Shown piece by piece: positions 1 through 8,133 of a DNA stretch of 64,000 nt. The DNA is taken from NCBI GenBank assembly GCA_963842455.1, contig CAWJHE010000005.1, positions 21,909-85,908 on the forward strand, given 5' to 3'. The notes below the pieces were generated by a model, which did not search any database, was not told where the DNA came from, and saw nothing but the letters and a program-made list of their open reading frames with translations. The stretch comes from an uncultured Chloroflexia bacterium. GTDB taxonomy: Bacteria > Chloroflexota > Anaerolineae > Anaerolineales > UBA4823. A program made the translations under genes and the position numbers. Position 1 is the stretch's first letter. The number at the start of each line of letters is the position of its first letter.

Positions 1-289
1 TTGATTGAGCGAGATAATGCTTGGCATGATTGGATGCGGCAAATTCTAACAGGTTTCGACTAAAATCAACGCCCAGGTATCTTCCTTGAAAGCCTTCTTG
101 GAATAAACTGCTGGCGATTTCTCCATTCCCACAACCAAGATCGAGGACAGTCTCATGGGGAGAAATGGTCTTCATCACTTGTCTGACCCCAGGCTGCAAA
201 CGTTGCCGGGTTGCTGCAAATGGTTGTGCAAAGGTCTGGTAAAATTCTTGATTGATTTCAACTATTTTTTTAACAGTGCTTTTATCCAT
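1..289 (-). CDS. Class I SAM-dependent methyltransferase, Trm9/ALKBH8-like; 3' end runs off the window edge; absent from the ORF track
   Basis: Manual translation from ATG at 289 is open to position 1: MDKSTVKKIVEINQEFYQTFAQPFAATRQRLQPGVRQVMKTISPHETVLDLGCGNGEIASSLFQEGFQGRYLGVDFSRNLLEFAASNHAKHYLAQS. Contains SAM motif I (VLDLGCGNG) and post-I (YLGVDFS). TATAAT lies 6 nt upstream. Confidence 0.9.
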   Translation of the reverse strand, partial: MDKSTVKKIVEINQEFYQTFAQPFAATRQRLQPGVRQVMKTISPHETVLDLGCGNGEIASSLFQEGFQGRYLGVDFSRNLLEFAASNHAKHYLAQS

Positions 290-313
290 GCTCGAATTAT
301 AAATGCTTGTGAC

Positions 314-1909
314 ATGAAAATTGACAACAAAACCTGGGAAGAATTAAGAAGCATAACGCCAGAAAAGATGGCAACTGCCCGATCAGTACTTGAAGAGATC
401 CGGCAGGGCAAGACAGTCATTGATGCCGTCCGGATGCACCCTTTAACGGATGGTGGTTATATCGCCAAGGGAATGTTGGTAGCAGCCTATCGAAAACTGG
501 TTGAAGACGGAATATGGGCGGAAGATGATGCTTTTTTGGCCAGCATACGAATGAAGCCTATCCGGACTCTATCGGGCGTGACCACGGTAACCGTATTGAC
601 AAAACCATATCCTTGCCCAGGTAAATGTATTTTTTGCCCAACAGATATTCGCATGCCCAAAAGTTATCTACCGGACGAACCGGGAGCCAGGCGGGCAGTA
701 CAACATCAATTTGATCCCTTTGATCAGGTCGTATCTCGGATTGAGGCATTAGAGGCGGTTGGACACCCAACAGATAAAATAGAATTATTAATCCTGGGTG
801 GCACCTGGAATGCCTACAAACGCGATTACCAGAAATGGTTTGTACAGCGTTGCCTGGACGCTATGAACCAGACAGATTCCCAATCCTTAGAAGAAGCACA
901 ATTGCTGAATGAAACAGCCAATCACCGCAATGTGGGGATGGTTATTGAAACCAGACCAGATAGTGTAAAGCCTGCCGAATTGTCCTGGATTCGTTCTCTT
1001 GGGGTAACCAAAGTCCAAATGGGAGCGCAAAGCCTGGATGATCGTATCCTGGCATTGAATCAACGCGGCCATACGGCAGAAGAAACATTACAGGCAATGC
1101 ACTTGCTACGAGCGGCTGGCTTCAAAGTCGTTTTGCATTGGATGCCTAACCTGCTAGGTGCAACATTGGCATCTGATCGGGAAGATTTTACGCGCTTGTG
1201 GAAAGGCTATTGTCCCGATGAAATAAAAATTTACCCCAACCAATTGCTAGAAAGCGCAGAATTGTATCAATATTGGTTGAGAGGTGAATACCGCCCTTAC
1301 TCCACCGAGGAGTTGATTGCGTTGATTGCGGATGTTAAGCTAACAATTCCGCGTTACTGTCGAGTAAACCGCATTATTCGGGATATACCATCCACGAATG
1401 TGGTGGAAGGCAACAAACGCACCAGCCTGCGCCAGGATGTCCATGAAGAGTTGGCGCGGCGCAATGTTGTTTGTCAATGTATCCGATGCCGTGAGGTGCG
1501 CGCACGAAAAATTGATCCTGATCAACTGCAATTAAACGATCTGGTTTATGAAACAGGTGCAAGCCAGGAACATTTCATTTCGTTCGATACTCCTGATGAT
1601 CATGTGGTAGGCTTTTTGCGTCTTTCGTTGCCAGGGCAGAATGCGCCTGATGTGAACATACCAGATTTAATCGGAGCGGCAGTTATCCGAGAAGTTCATG
1701 TTTATGGTCAGTCCTTGCCTGTGGGAATAGAAGAACATGGCGCTGCTCAACATGTGGGTTTGGGGGCGCGCTTGATTCAATCCGCCGAAGATATCGCAAG
1801 GGCGCAAGGTTTCAGGAAAATTGCGGTAATTTCAGCGCTTGGTACCCGTCAGTACTATCAGAAACAGGGCTTTCATAACGGGAATTTGTATCAAATCAAA
1901 GCCTTGTAA
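314..1909 (+). CDS. elp3: Elp3-family tRNA uridine(34) acetyltransferase (radical SAM + GNAT/KAT)
   Basis: KPIRTLSGV, CPGKCIFCP Fe-S motif, PKSY, ETRPD, RVNRIIRDIP, CQCIRCRE zinc site, REVHVYG, QHVGLG. Start moved from 155 to ATG 314 because the upstream part overlaps the divergent methyltransferase. Confidence 0.93.
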   Translation: MKIDNKTWEELRSITPEKMATARSVLEEIRQGKTVIDAVRMHPLTDGGYIAKGMLVAAYRKLVEDGIWAEDDAFLASIRMKPIRTLSGVTTVTVLTKPYPCPGKCIFCPTDIRMPKSYLPDEPGARRAVQHQFDPFDQVVSRIEALEAVGHPTDKIELLILGGTWNAYKRDYQKWFVQRCLDAMNQTDSQSLEEAQLLNETANHRNVGMVIETRPDSVKPAELSWIRSLGVTKVQMGAQSLDDRILALNQRGHTAEETLQAMHLLRAAGFKVVLHWMPNLLGATLASDREDFTRLWKGYCPDEIKIYPNQLLESAELYQYWLRGEYRPYSTEELIALIADVKLTIPRYCRVNRIIRDIPSTNVVEGNKRTSLRQDVHEELARRNVVCQCIRCREVRARKIDPDQLQLNDLVYETGASQEHFISFDTPDDHVVGFLRLSLPGQNAPDVNIPDLIGAAVIREVHVYGQSLPVGIEEHGAAQHVGLGARLIQSAEDIARAQGFRKIAVISALGTRQYYQKQGFHNGNLYQIKAL

Positions 1910-2188
1910 CATAAAGACCTCGCTGCCATTGGTTTTGCAGGGAGTAGGGATTCGGGGGGACATTGTTCCGGTGAGCTTGAAAAATCTTGCGTGAAATCCA
2001 GTTTTCGGAATATGCCCTGATGGGAATGGGGTCCATGGTTGGCGCTCAGAGATTGCGCCACTTTTCTATGCCAAATATGACCACGGAAGTGGCAAATATA
2101 GCGGGGCGGTCTGTATTACCCATTAGAACCGAGAGTGATTGGGAAGGGGAGTGAGTAATATTCGATGGCTGAGATAAAAAGAAAAAGC

Positions 2189-2216
2189 TTGACAGCACAA
2201 GGTATGTGGATATAAT
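2189..2216 (+). promoter_or_regulatory. Sigma70-type promoter P1 of the sugar cluster
   Basis: TTGACA (2189-2194), 16 bp, TATAAT (2211-2216), with an A-tract upstream. Confidence 0.75.
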
Positions 2217-2219
2217 TAC

Positions 2220-2237
2220 ATTGGAAACGGTTCCAAT
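2220..2237. promoter_or_regulatory. LacI-type operator O1
   Basis: Near-perfect palindrome ATTGGAAACGGTTCCAAT just downstream of the P1 -10 box. Confidence 0.7.
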
Positions 2238-2327
2238 TTTTAGGTTGATAGCGATCAATTTCTTAACACAAGAAAGTAAACGATCGAAGGGATCAAATTA
2301 AAGCCCGAGAAGGGGAACGATTCGCTA

Positions 2328-2356
2328 TTGACGGGGAATTGAATTTCTGATATATT
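2328..2356 (+). promoter_or_regulatory. Sigma70-type promoter P2
   Basis: TTGACG (2328-2333), 17 bp, TATATT (2351-2356), with extended -10 TG at 2348-2349. Confidence 0.7.
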
Positions 2357-2358
2357 GC

Positions 2359-2383
2359 TAACGCGTTTTACTAAAACGTGTTA
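2359..2383. promoter_or_regulatory. LacI-type operator O2 (inverted or tandem site)
   Basis: TAACGCGTTTTA-C-TAAAACGTGTTA, an inverted repeat with one mismatch directly after the P2 -10 box. Confidence 0.65.
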
Positions 2384-2406
2384 ATTGGCCAAGACAGGTT
2401 CCAGGA

Positions 2407-3450
2407 GTGGATCCTTTGTGCGCTAAAAGAGTAACCAGTCAGGATGTTGCTGATCGAGCTGGTGTGTCACGCACCACGGTATCCCTTGTCTTAAATAATC
2501 ATAAGAATATTCAAATTAGCCGGTCAACTCGCGAAAGAGTCATTCAAGTTGCCAATGAGCTTGGCTATGTACCTAATGCAGCTGCCCAGGCTTTGGCTAG
2601 CAAGCGTTCTCGCATCATTGGGCTCATTCTTACCAGATCTTTACATCATATTTCATCGGATGCTTTTCTTACCCAAATATTAGATGGCATTTTAGATGTC
2701 ATTCACCAGCATGATATGCGCTTGGTGGTCGACATTATTGAACCTGAACACCAGAAAGAGCTTTATTTAGATATGGTGCGGGCGAAGCGTATTGATGGCA
2801 TCTTATTATCTGGTCCTCGATTCGACGATGAAGCCCTCAAAGCCCTGCAGGATTTTAATTTTCCAACGGTATTGATTGGACAACTACCGGACTCTCAACT
2901 TTGCTCCATCGATGTGGATAACCGCTTGTCTGCAAAAGTGGCGGTAGATCATTTAATCAAGCTGGGGCATTCCCAAATTGCTTGTATTACCAATGCAGCT
3001 CCCAATTACACTGCCTCCCTGGATCGCCTGAATGGATATAAAGATGCCTTGCAAGAAGCTGGAATTAGCTTTCGTGAGGAATTGGTTCGTTTTGGGGATT
3101 TCCAGGTTGAGAGCGGCTATGAACAAATGAAAGATTTGCTCAGTTCTGGAAACTCTTTCAGTGCTGCGTTTATTGCCAGTGATATGGTAGCTTTGGGAGC
3201 AAAAGCCGCAATCCGCGAGAGCGGATTGGAGATTCCTGAGGATATCGCCCTTGTGGGCTTTGACGATTTGCCCTTTTCGCAATTTACTGATCCACCTTTG
3301 ACGACTGTGCATATCCCTGCTGTTGAATTAGGGAAGCAAGCCTGCCGGATGTTGATAGGTTTATTTGAAAGTCCAATGATTGAATGTAAACAGGAACTAC
3401 TGGATACACATTTGGTTGTTCGAAAATCATGTGGAACAGAAAGAGTATAG
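2407..3450 (+). CDS. LacI-family transcriptional regulator
   Basis: HTH TSQDVADRAGVSRTTVSLVLN, hinge YVPNAAAQAL, IPEDIALVGFDD, PPLTTV. Confidence 0.95.
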   Translation: MDPLCAKRVTSQDVADRAGVSRTTVSLVLNNHKNIQISRSTRERVIQVANELGYVPNAAAQALASKRSRIIGLILTRSLHHISSDAFLTQILDGILDVIHQHDMRLVVDIIEPEHQKELYLDMVRAKRIDGILLSGPRFDDEALKALQDFNFPTVLIGQLPDSQLCSIDVDNRLSAKVAVDHLIKLGHSQIACITNAAPNYTASLDRLNGYKDALQEAGISFREELVRFGDFQVESGYEQMKDLLSSGNSFSAAFIASDMVALGAKAAIRESGLEIPEDIALVGFDDLPFSQFTDPPLTTVHIPAVELGKQACRMLIGLFESPMIECKQELLDTHLVVRKSCGTERV

Positions 3451-3564
3451 GATAGATTTTTGAAGGGAGGTGATGCGACTTCTCGATTAAATGAAGAGTT
3501 GTTTGATGAATGAAAGTGTTTCTAATCTAGATTTTTTTCTGAACATAAACAAGGAGAAGTGAAC

Positions 3565-4989
3565 ATGTTTAAAAGAAATACCCTTTGGTTGGTGACTGCG
3601 ATGCTTGTGATTTTGTCATTGGTCATGAGCGCCTGCCAATCTCAACCGACACAAGCACCTGCACAGCCAGAAGCTCCGGCTGCCGTAACCGAAGCCCCAG
3701 CCGAACCTGCAGCCCCAGCAATGCCCGAGGCCAGTTTCCCAGTGATGCCCGGCGGCTTTCTTGAGAAAGCTCTCGCTGGTGAGTACAAAGGTACGACTGT
3801 CACCGTTGATGGTCCCTTTACCAACCCGGATGACCTGCGTTTCGCAGAGTCAATGAAGGAATTCCAAGATCTAACCGGCATCACCGTCAATTACATCGGC
3901 GACAAAACCTTCGAATCCCGCATTTCAATCGCGGTTGACGCTGGTAACCCACCAGATATTGCTGACTTCCCGCAACCCGGTGCAGTCGCTAATTTTGCCC
4001 GACAGGGACATATTATCGATCCGACCACCTGGATGACCGAAGATTGGCTAAAACAACAATACAACCAAAGCTGGTTGGATATGGCCATGGTTGGTGGACC
4101 CGATGGAAATATGATGACTGGCGGCGTGTGGCACCGTTTTAATGGCAAGAGCCTGGTCTGGTATCCCAAAGATAATTTTGAAGCTGCGGGTTACGCAATC
4201 CCTCAGACCTGGGATGAGCTATTAGCTTTGTCTCAGCAAATCGCCGATGATGGTGATACAGCCTGGTGTATCGGTATAGGATCCGATGCAGCCACAGGTT
4301 GGCCTGCCACTGACTGGACCGAAGAGATGATGCTGCGCACAACGGCACCTGAGAACTACGATAAATGGGTTAAAGGCGAGCTACCCTTCTCCTCACCTGA
4401 GGTGAAGAAAGCTATTGAGACCTGGAGTGAATTGTGGTTCAATGACGCTTATGTTTTTGGCGGCAAGGATGCCATTGTGACAACCTTCTTTGGCGATTCC
4501 CCCACCCCGATGTTCGAAGATCAACCAAAATGCTGGATGCACCGACAGGGTAACTTCATCACTGGTTTCTTCCCCGAGACCGCAAAAGTGGGCGTAGATT
4601 ATGATTTCTTCTATTTCCCACCTGTTGATGAGCAGTACGGGAAGCCCTTCCTGGTGGCTGGCGATATCATGACCATGTTTGTGGATCGCCCAGAAGTACG
4701 CGCCCTGATGGAATACTTCACCACTCCAGCTTCGGCTTCTGGATGGCTCCAGAATGGCGGCGCTTTGGCAGCTCACCTGACTGCCACTCCGGATATGTAC
4801 GGCGTGGAACTGGAACGCGGTATTGCCGAGCTGGTAGCTCAGGCTACGACCTTCCGCTTTGACGCCTCAGATCTAATGCCTGCTGAAGTCGGCTCCGGTT
4901 CCTTCTGGACCGGTATGGTCGATTATGTCAGCGGTGTGGCAGATCTGGACACTGTCCTTGCTGAGATCGATGCCTCCTGGCCTAAGTAA
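3565..4989 (+). CDS. Alpha-glucoside ABC transporter substrate-binding lipoprotein (AglE-like)
   Basis: Lipobox MSAC, Pro/Ala linker, PDIADFPQPG, KSLVWY, ATGWPATDW, FRFDASDLMP. AAGGAG lies 8 nt before ATG 3565. Confidence 0.88.
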   Translation: MFKRNTLWLVTAMLVILSLVMSACQSQPTQAPAQPEAPAAVTEAPAEPAAPAMPEASFPVMPGGFLEKALAGEYKGTTVTVDGPFTNPDDLRFAESMKEFQDLTGITVNYIGDKTFESRISIAVDAGNPPDIADFPQPGAVANFARQGHIIDPTTWMTEDWLKQQYNQSWLDMAMVGGPDGNMMTGGVWHRFNGKSLVWYPKDNFEAAGYAIPQTWDELLALSQQIADDGDTAWCIGIGSDAATGWPATDWTEEMMLRTTAPENYDKWVKGELPFSSPEVKKAIETWSELWFNDAYVFGGKDAIVTTFFGDSPTPMFEDQPKCWMHRQGNFITGFFPETAKVGVDYDFFYFPPVDEQYGKPFLVAGDIMTMFVDRPEVRALMEYFTTPASASGWLQNGGALAAHLTATPDMYGVELERGIAELVAQATTFRFDASDLMPAEVGSGSFWTGMVDYVSGVADLDTVLAEIDASWPK

Positions 4990-5009
4990 CGTTTAGTTTA
5001 TGTCTGTAG

Positions 5010-5039
5010 AAGGCTGCTGGTTTGATCGCCAGCAGCCTT
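5010..5039 (+). other. Intercistronic stem-loop after the binding-protein gene (stabiliser or partial terminator)
   Basis: AAGGCTGCTGG-N8-CCAGCAGCCTT, 11-bp perfect stem. Confidence 0.65.
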
Positions 5040-5058
5040 TCTGGAATGGAGATGATCT

Positions 5059-6222
5059 ATGGCTAAGCTTAGTGGGAATGCAGATAACAAGATGAATATC
5101 GGAGCTGGCTTTGTCGCCTGGCTTGGGCGCATCTTCCTGGCGGTAGTGATTCCCTTGATTGCTTTCTTTGTGCTTTATGTTGGTTTTATCTTTCTGCGAG
5201 ATAGCAACGCAGAAAGATGGGTCATCGCATCGGTTGCAATTATTTGGGGAGTTGGCGGTATAGCCCTTTTGTATTGGGTCTTCAATGGTTTGGTCGAGCG
5301 CTTGCCAGATGATTGGAGACAACGTCTTCAGCCTTTTGTGTTCGTCGGTCCTGCCATTGCAATCTTGCTATGGTACCTGGCATTTCCGGTTGCACGAACT
5401 TTTTGGCTGAGCCTGTTTGGCCGCGATGGTCCGCCTAGAGATGCTTCGTTCTTCGAAGCTTTGCAAAGCGATGCTTTTGTAGGTTTGAGCAATTATGTAT
5501 CCCTCTTCAGCGAACGATTACTGCAGGAAGCATTGCGCAATAACCTGATGTGGATTGTGTTCGGCAGTACCTTTTCCGTTGCTTTAGGATTGTTAGTGGC
5601 TGTTTTGGCTGATCGCAGCAAATTTGAAAAGGTTGCCAAATCCTTGATTTTCTTGCCCATGGCTATTTCTTTTGTGGGTGCAAGCGTAATATGGAACTTC
5701 ATGTATGAGGTGCAACCTGCAGAGCAGGCTCAAATTGGGTTATTAAATGCCATCACGGTTGCGTTGGGAGGTCAACCTCATGCTTGGGATAAGTGGGTTG
5801 CTATCGCACCTTGGAACAACCTTTTCTTGATTTTGATTGTCATCTGGCTGCAAGCAGGGTATTCCATGGTGCTATTTTCTGCAGCATTGAAAGGGGTTCC
5901 GGAGGAAATTCTTGAAGCGGCGCGCGTGGATAGCGCCAATGAAATCCAGGTTTTCTTCAAAATCATGATCCCGTATATTATGGGCACCATTATCACTGTC
6001 TGGACCATGATCGTTATTTTCACACTGAAGATTTTTGATGTGGTTTGGGTGATGACAGGCGGACAATTTGGCACGCATGTGATCGCCACACAGTTTTATC
6101 GCCAATCCTTCACTGCACGTAATTCGGGAATAGGCTCAGCCATTGCAATCATCTTGCTGATTACGGTGGTCCCAGTGATGATTTATAACCTGAGACAGTT
6201 CAAACAGACGGAGGCTTTCTAA
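5059..6222 (+). CDS. Sugar ABC transporter permease (AglF/MalF-like)
   Basis: Multiple TM segments, KSLIFLPMAISFVGA, EAA loop (ILEAARVDSA). Confidence 0.92.
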   Translation: MAKLSGNADNKMNIGAGFVAWLGRIFLAVVIPLIAFFVLYVGFIFLRDSNAERWVIASVAIIWGVGGIALLYWVFNGLVERLPDDWRQRLQPFVFVGPAIAILLWYLAFPVARTFWLSLFGRDGPPRDASFFEALQSDAFVGLSNYVSLFSERLLQEALRNNLMWIVFGSTFSVALGLLVAVLADRSKFEKVAKSLIFLPMAISFVGASVIWNFMYEVQPAEQAQIGLLNAITVALGGQPHAWDKWVAIAPWNNLFLILIVIWLQAGYSMVLFSAALKGVPEEILEAARVDSANEIQVFFKIMIPYIMGTIITVWTMIVIFTLKIFDVVWVMTGGQFGTHVIATQFYRQSFTARNSGIGSAIAIILLITVVPVMIYNLRQFKQTEAF

Positions 6223-6223
6223 G

Positions 6224-7321
6224 ATGAAGAAGCAACGTTGGACTGGTGCATTTGTTGTTAATGGCGTCTTGTTACTACTTGTGATCATGTGGAGCGTCCC
6301 GACCTTAGGTCTCCTCATTTCATCATTTCGAACACGTACAGATTTGCAGACCTCCGGATGGTGGACTGTTTTGCCTCACCGTGACTGGGAGACCGTGGAA
6401 GAACTTAACCCAGTAGAGCTTGGGTTGAATGCGGATGATGTCATGTCAGTCGCTGGAGTCCAGGGCACTTTCGAAGAATTGCGTGCAGGTATCATGTCGC
6501 CAGATGGGGATACACGCGTTAGCTGGATTGGCAATAAACGCTTGGGAAAAATCGAAGTTCAAAAACAGGTTTGGACCACAAATCTGGATTTTACGCTGGA
6601 TAATTACAGGCAAATTTTGACTGCCCGAAACGTGGAAATTGTGAATGAAGATGGTTCAGTGGAAACCATTCCCGGCCAAAATATGACACAGGCATTCATT
6701 AATAGCCTGGCTGTTACGATCCCGTCCACAATTATTCCTATTTTGATTGCAGCTTTTGCCGCATACGCTTTTGCATGGATGAATTTCCCCGGAAGACGGA
6801 CATTGTTTATCATGATCATTGGACTTTTGGTTGTACCGTTGCAGATAGCCCTGGTTCCAATCTTGCGTGACTACAACACCTTGGGATTGAATGGAACTTT
6901 CTTGGGTGTCTGGCTAGCGCATACGGGTTTTGGATTGGCCCAGGCGACTTATCTACTCTACAATTACATCAGTACCCTGCCGCGTGAAACGATGGAGTCC
7001 GCCTTTATTGATGGGGCTTCTCCATTCACTGTGTTCACCAAACTGGTATTGCCCCTTTCTGTTCCAGCTTTAGCTGCTTTTGCGATTTTCCAATTCCTTT
7101 GGGTGTGGAACGATTATTTGGTGGCGCTCACCTTTTTAGGCGTCGATCCGTCTTACAAGGTTGTCACACAGCGCTTGGCTGATCTGACCGGCACTTTTGG
7201 TAACGACTGGCATTTGTTAACCGCCGGCGCTTTTGTTACCATGATCTTACCTATGCTGGTCTTCTTTGGCTTGCAACGTTATTTTGTGCGCGGTCTGTTG
7301 GCCGGTTCGGTAAAAGGGTAA
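6224..7321 (+). CDS. Sugar ABC transporter permease (AglG/MalG-like)
   Basis: SGWW, ESAFIDGAS loop, FQFLWVWND, QRYFVRGLLAGSVKG C-terminus. Confidence 0.92.
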   Translation: MKKQRWTGAFVVNGVLLLLVIMWSVPTLGLLISSFRTRTDLQTSGWWTVLPHRDWETVEELNPVELGLNADDVMSVAGVQGTFEELRAGIMSPDGDTRVSWIGNKRLGKIEVQKQVWTTNLDFTLDNYRQILTARNVEIVNEDGSVETIPGQNMTQAFINSLAVTIPSTIIPILIAAFAAYAFAWMNFPGRRTLFIMIIGLLVVPLQIALVPILRDYNTLGLNGTFLGVWLAHTGFGLAQATYLLYNYISTLPRETMESAFIDGASPFTVFTKLVLPLSVPALAAFAIFQFLWVWNDYLVALTFLGVDPSYKVVTQRLADLTGTFGNDWHLLTAGAFVTMILPMLVFFGLQRYFVRGLLAGSVKG

Positions 7322-7538
7322 CTCCAATAAACCTGGCGCTTAAGCAACCCAAAGCTGAGGCGCCAGATCACATCCTTCTGGGTGTTTCCATAAAAAACAT
7401 TCAATGGTTTGGAATTGCTTCGGATGGAAGAATTTAAGCTTTGTCAAGACATAGGTGCCTAGACACCTTTTAGAATTCATAGCTTCATTAAAGTCATAGA
7501 ATATTTCAAGCCACAAAGGTTATCATTGTTTTCTTTCA

Positions 7539-8096
7539 ATGACTTGCGAAATATTCGTGGTTTGGTTTTTTTACTTTCAGATTGAAATGTCGACCACAAG
7601 AATACATTCTTTTGATTGGGCTTTCTGGTTTCAATGGATGATGGCAACCACTTCTGGATGGATTCTAGGCAGATTTCTTTTGCCCAATTTGTCGATGGTT
7701 GTAATTGGTATCGGAATCGGAGTACTTCAATTCTTTGTTTTGCAATATAAGATTCAGCAAGCCTGGCGCTGGATTGTGGCCACTATATTGGGGTGGATAA
7801 TCGGAGCAACGCTAACTTGGATGTTTGTGCAAGATGGAGATGATTTTCTTGCAGGACTGATTATTGGGTTATCATTGGGCGTTGCGCAGTGGATAATCCT
7901 AAGGCAAGAGGTTCAATGGCCTGCCTGGTGGATTGTGATAAGCATTGTGGGCTGGACGACAGGCATTGGATTATTGCCAGGAATTTTCCTGACTGGAGTG
8001 ATGGCTGGCGCTATAACCGGTATTGCGATCGAATTGTTGTTGCGGTTTCCTAAGCCAATCTTAGAAGCAATACCAGGTTCGAAGAAATTAGATTAG
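7539..8096 (+). CDS. Hypothetical integral membrane protein with internal Trp/Gly repeats (start may be 7587)
   Basis: About six hydrophobic helices and three W-x-W...GW-x2-G repeats. Confidence 0.7.
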   Translation: MTCEIFVVWFFYFQIEMSTTRIHSFDWAFWFQWMMATTSGWILGRFLLPNLSMVVIGIGIGVLQFFVLQYKIQQAWRWIVATILGWIIGATLTWMFVQDGDDFLAGLIIGLSLGVAQWIILRQEVQWPAWWIVISIVGWTTGIGLLPGIFLTGVMAGAITGIAIELLLRFPKPILEAIPGSKKLD

Positions 8097-8133
8097 CCTA
8101 TTCAAGGCTAATTCTTAAATTACAACCAGCCAG

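Noticed and set aside
1-63. Plus-strand open frame LIERDNAWHDWMRQILTGFD* as the tail of an upstream gene
   Set aside because: It is the antisense shadow of the minus-strand methyltransferase, which has clear motifs.
155-313. 53-aa N-terminal extension of Elp3 in the ORF track
   Set aside because: Overlaps the divergent methyltransferase and shows no Elp3-like sequence.
1910-2185. G-rich intergenic stretch as a possible ncRNA, or the 70-aa minus ORF (2046-2258)
   Set aside because: No recognisable RNA family or convincing structure by eye; the ORF overlaps promoter P1 and has no motifs.
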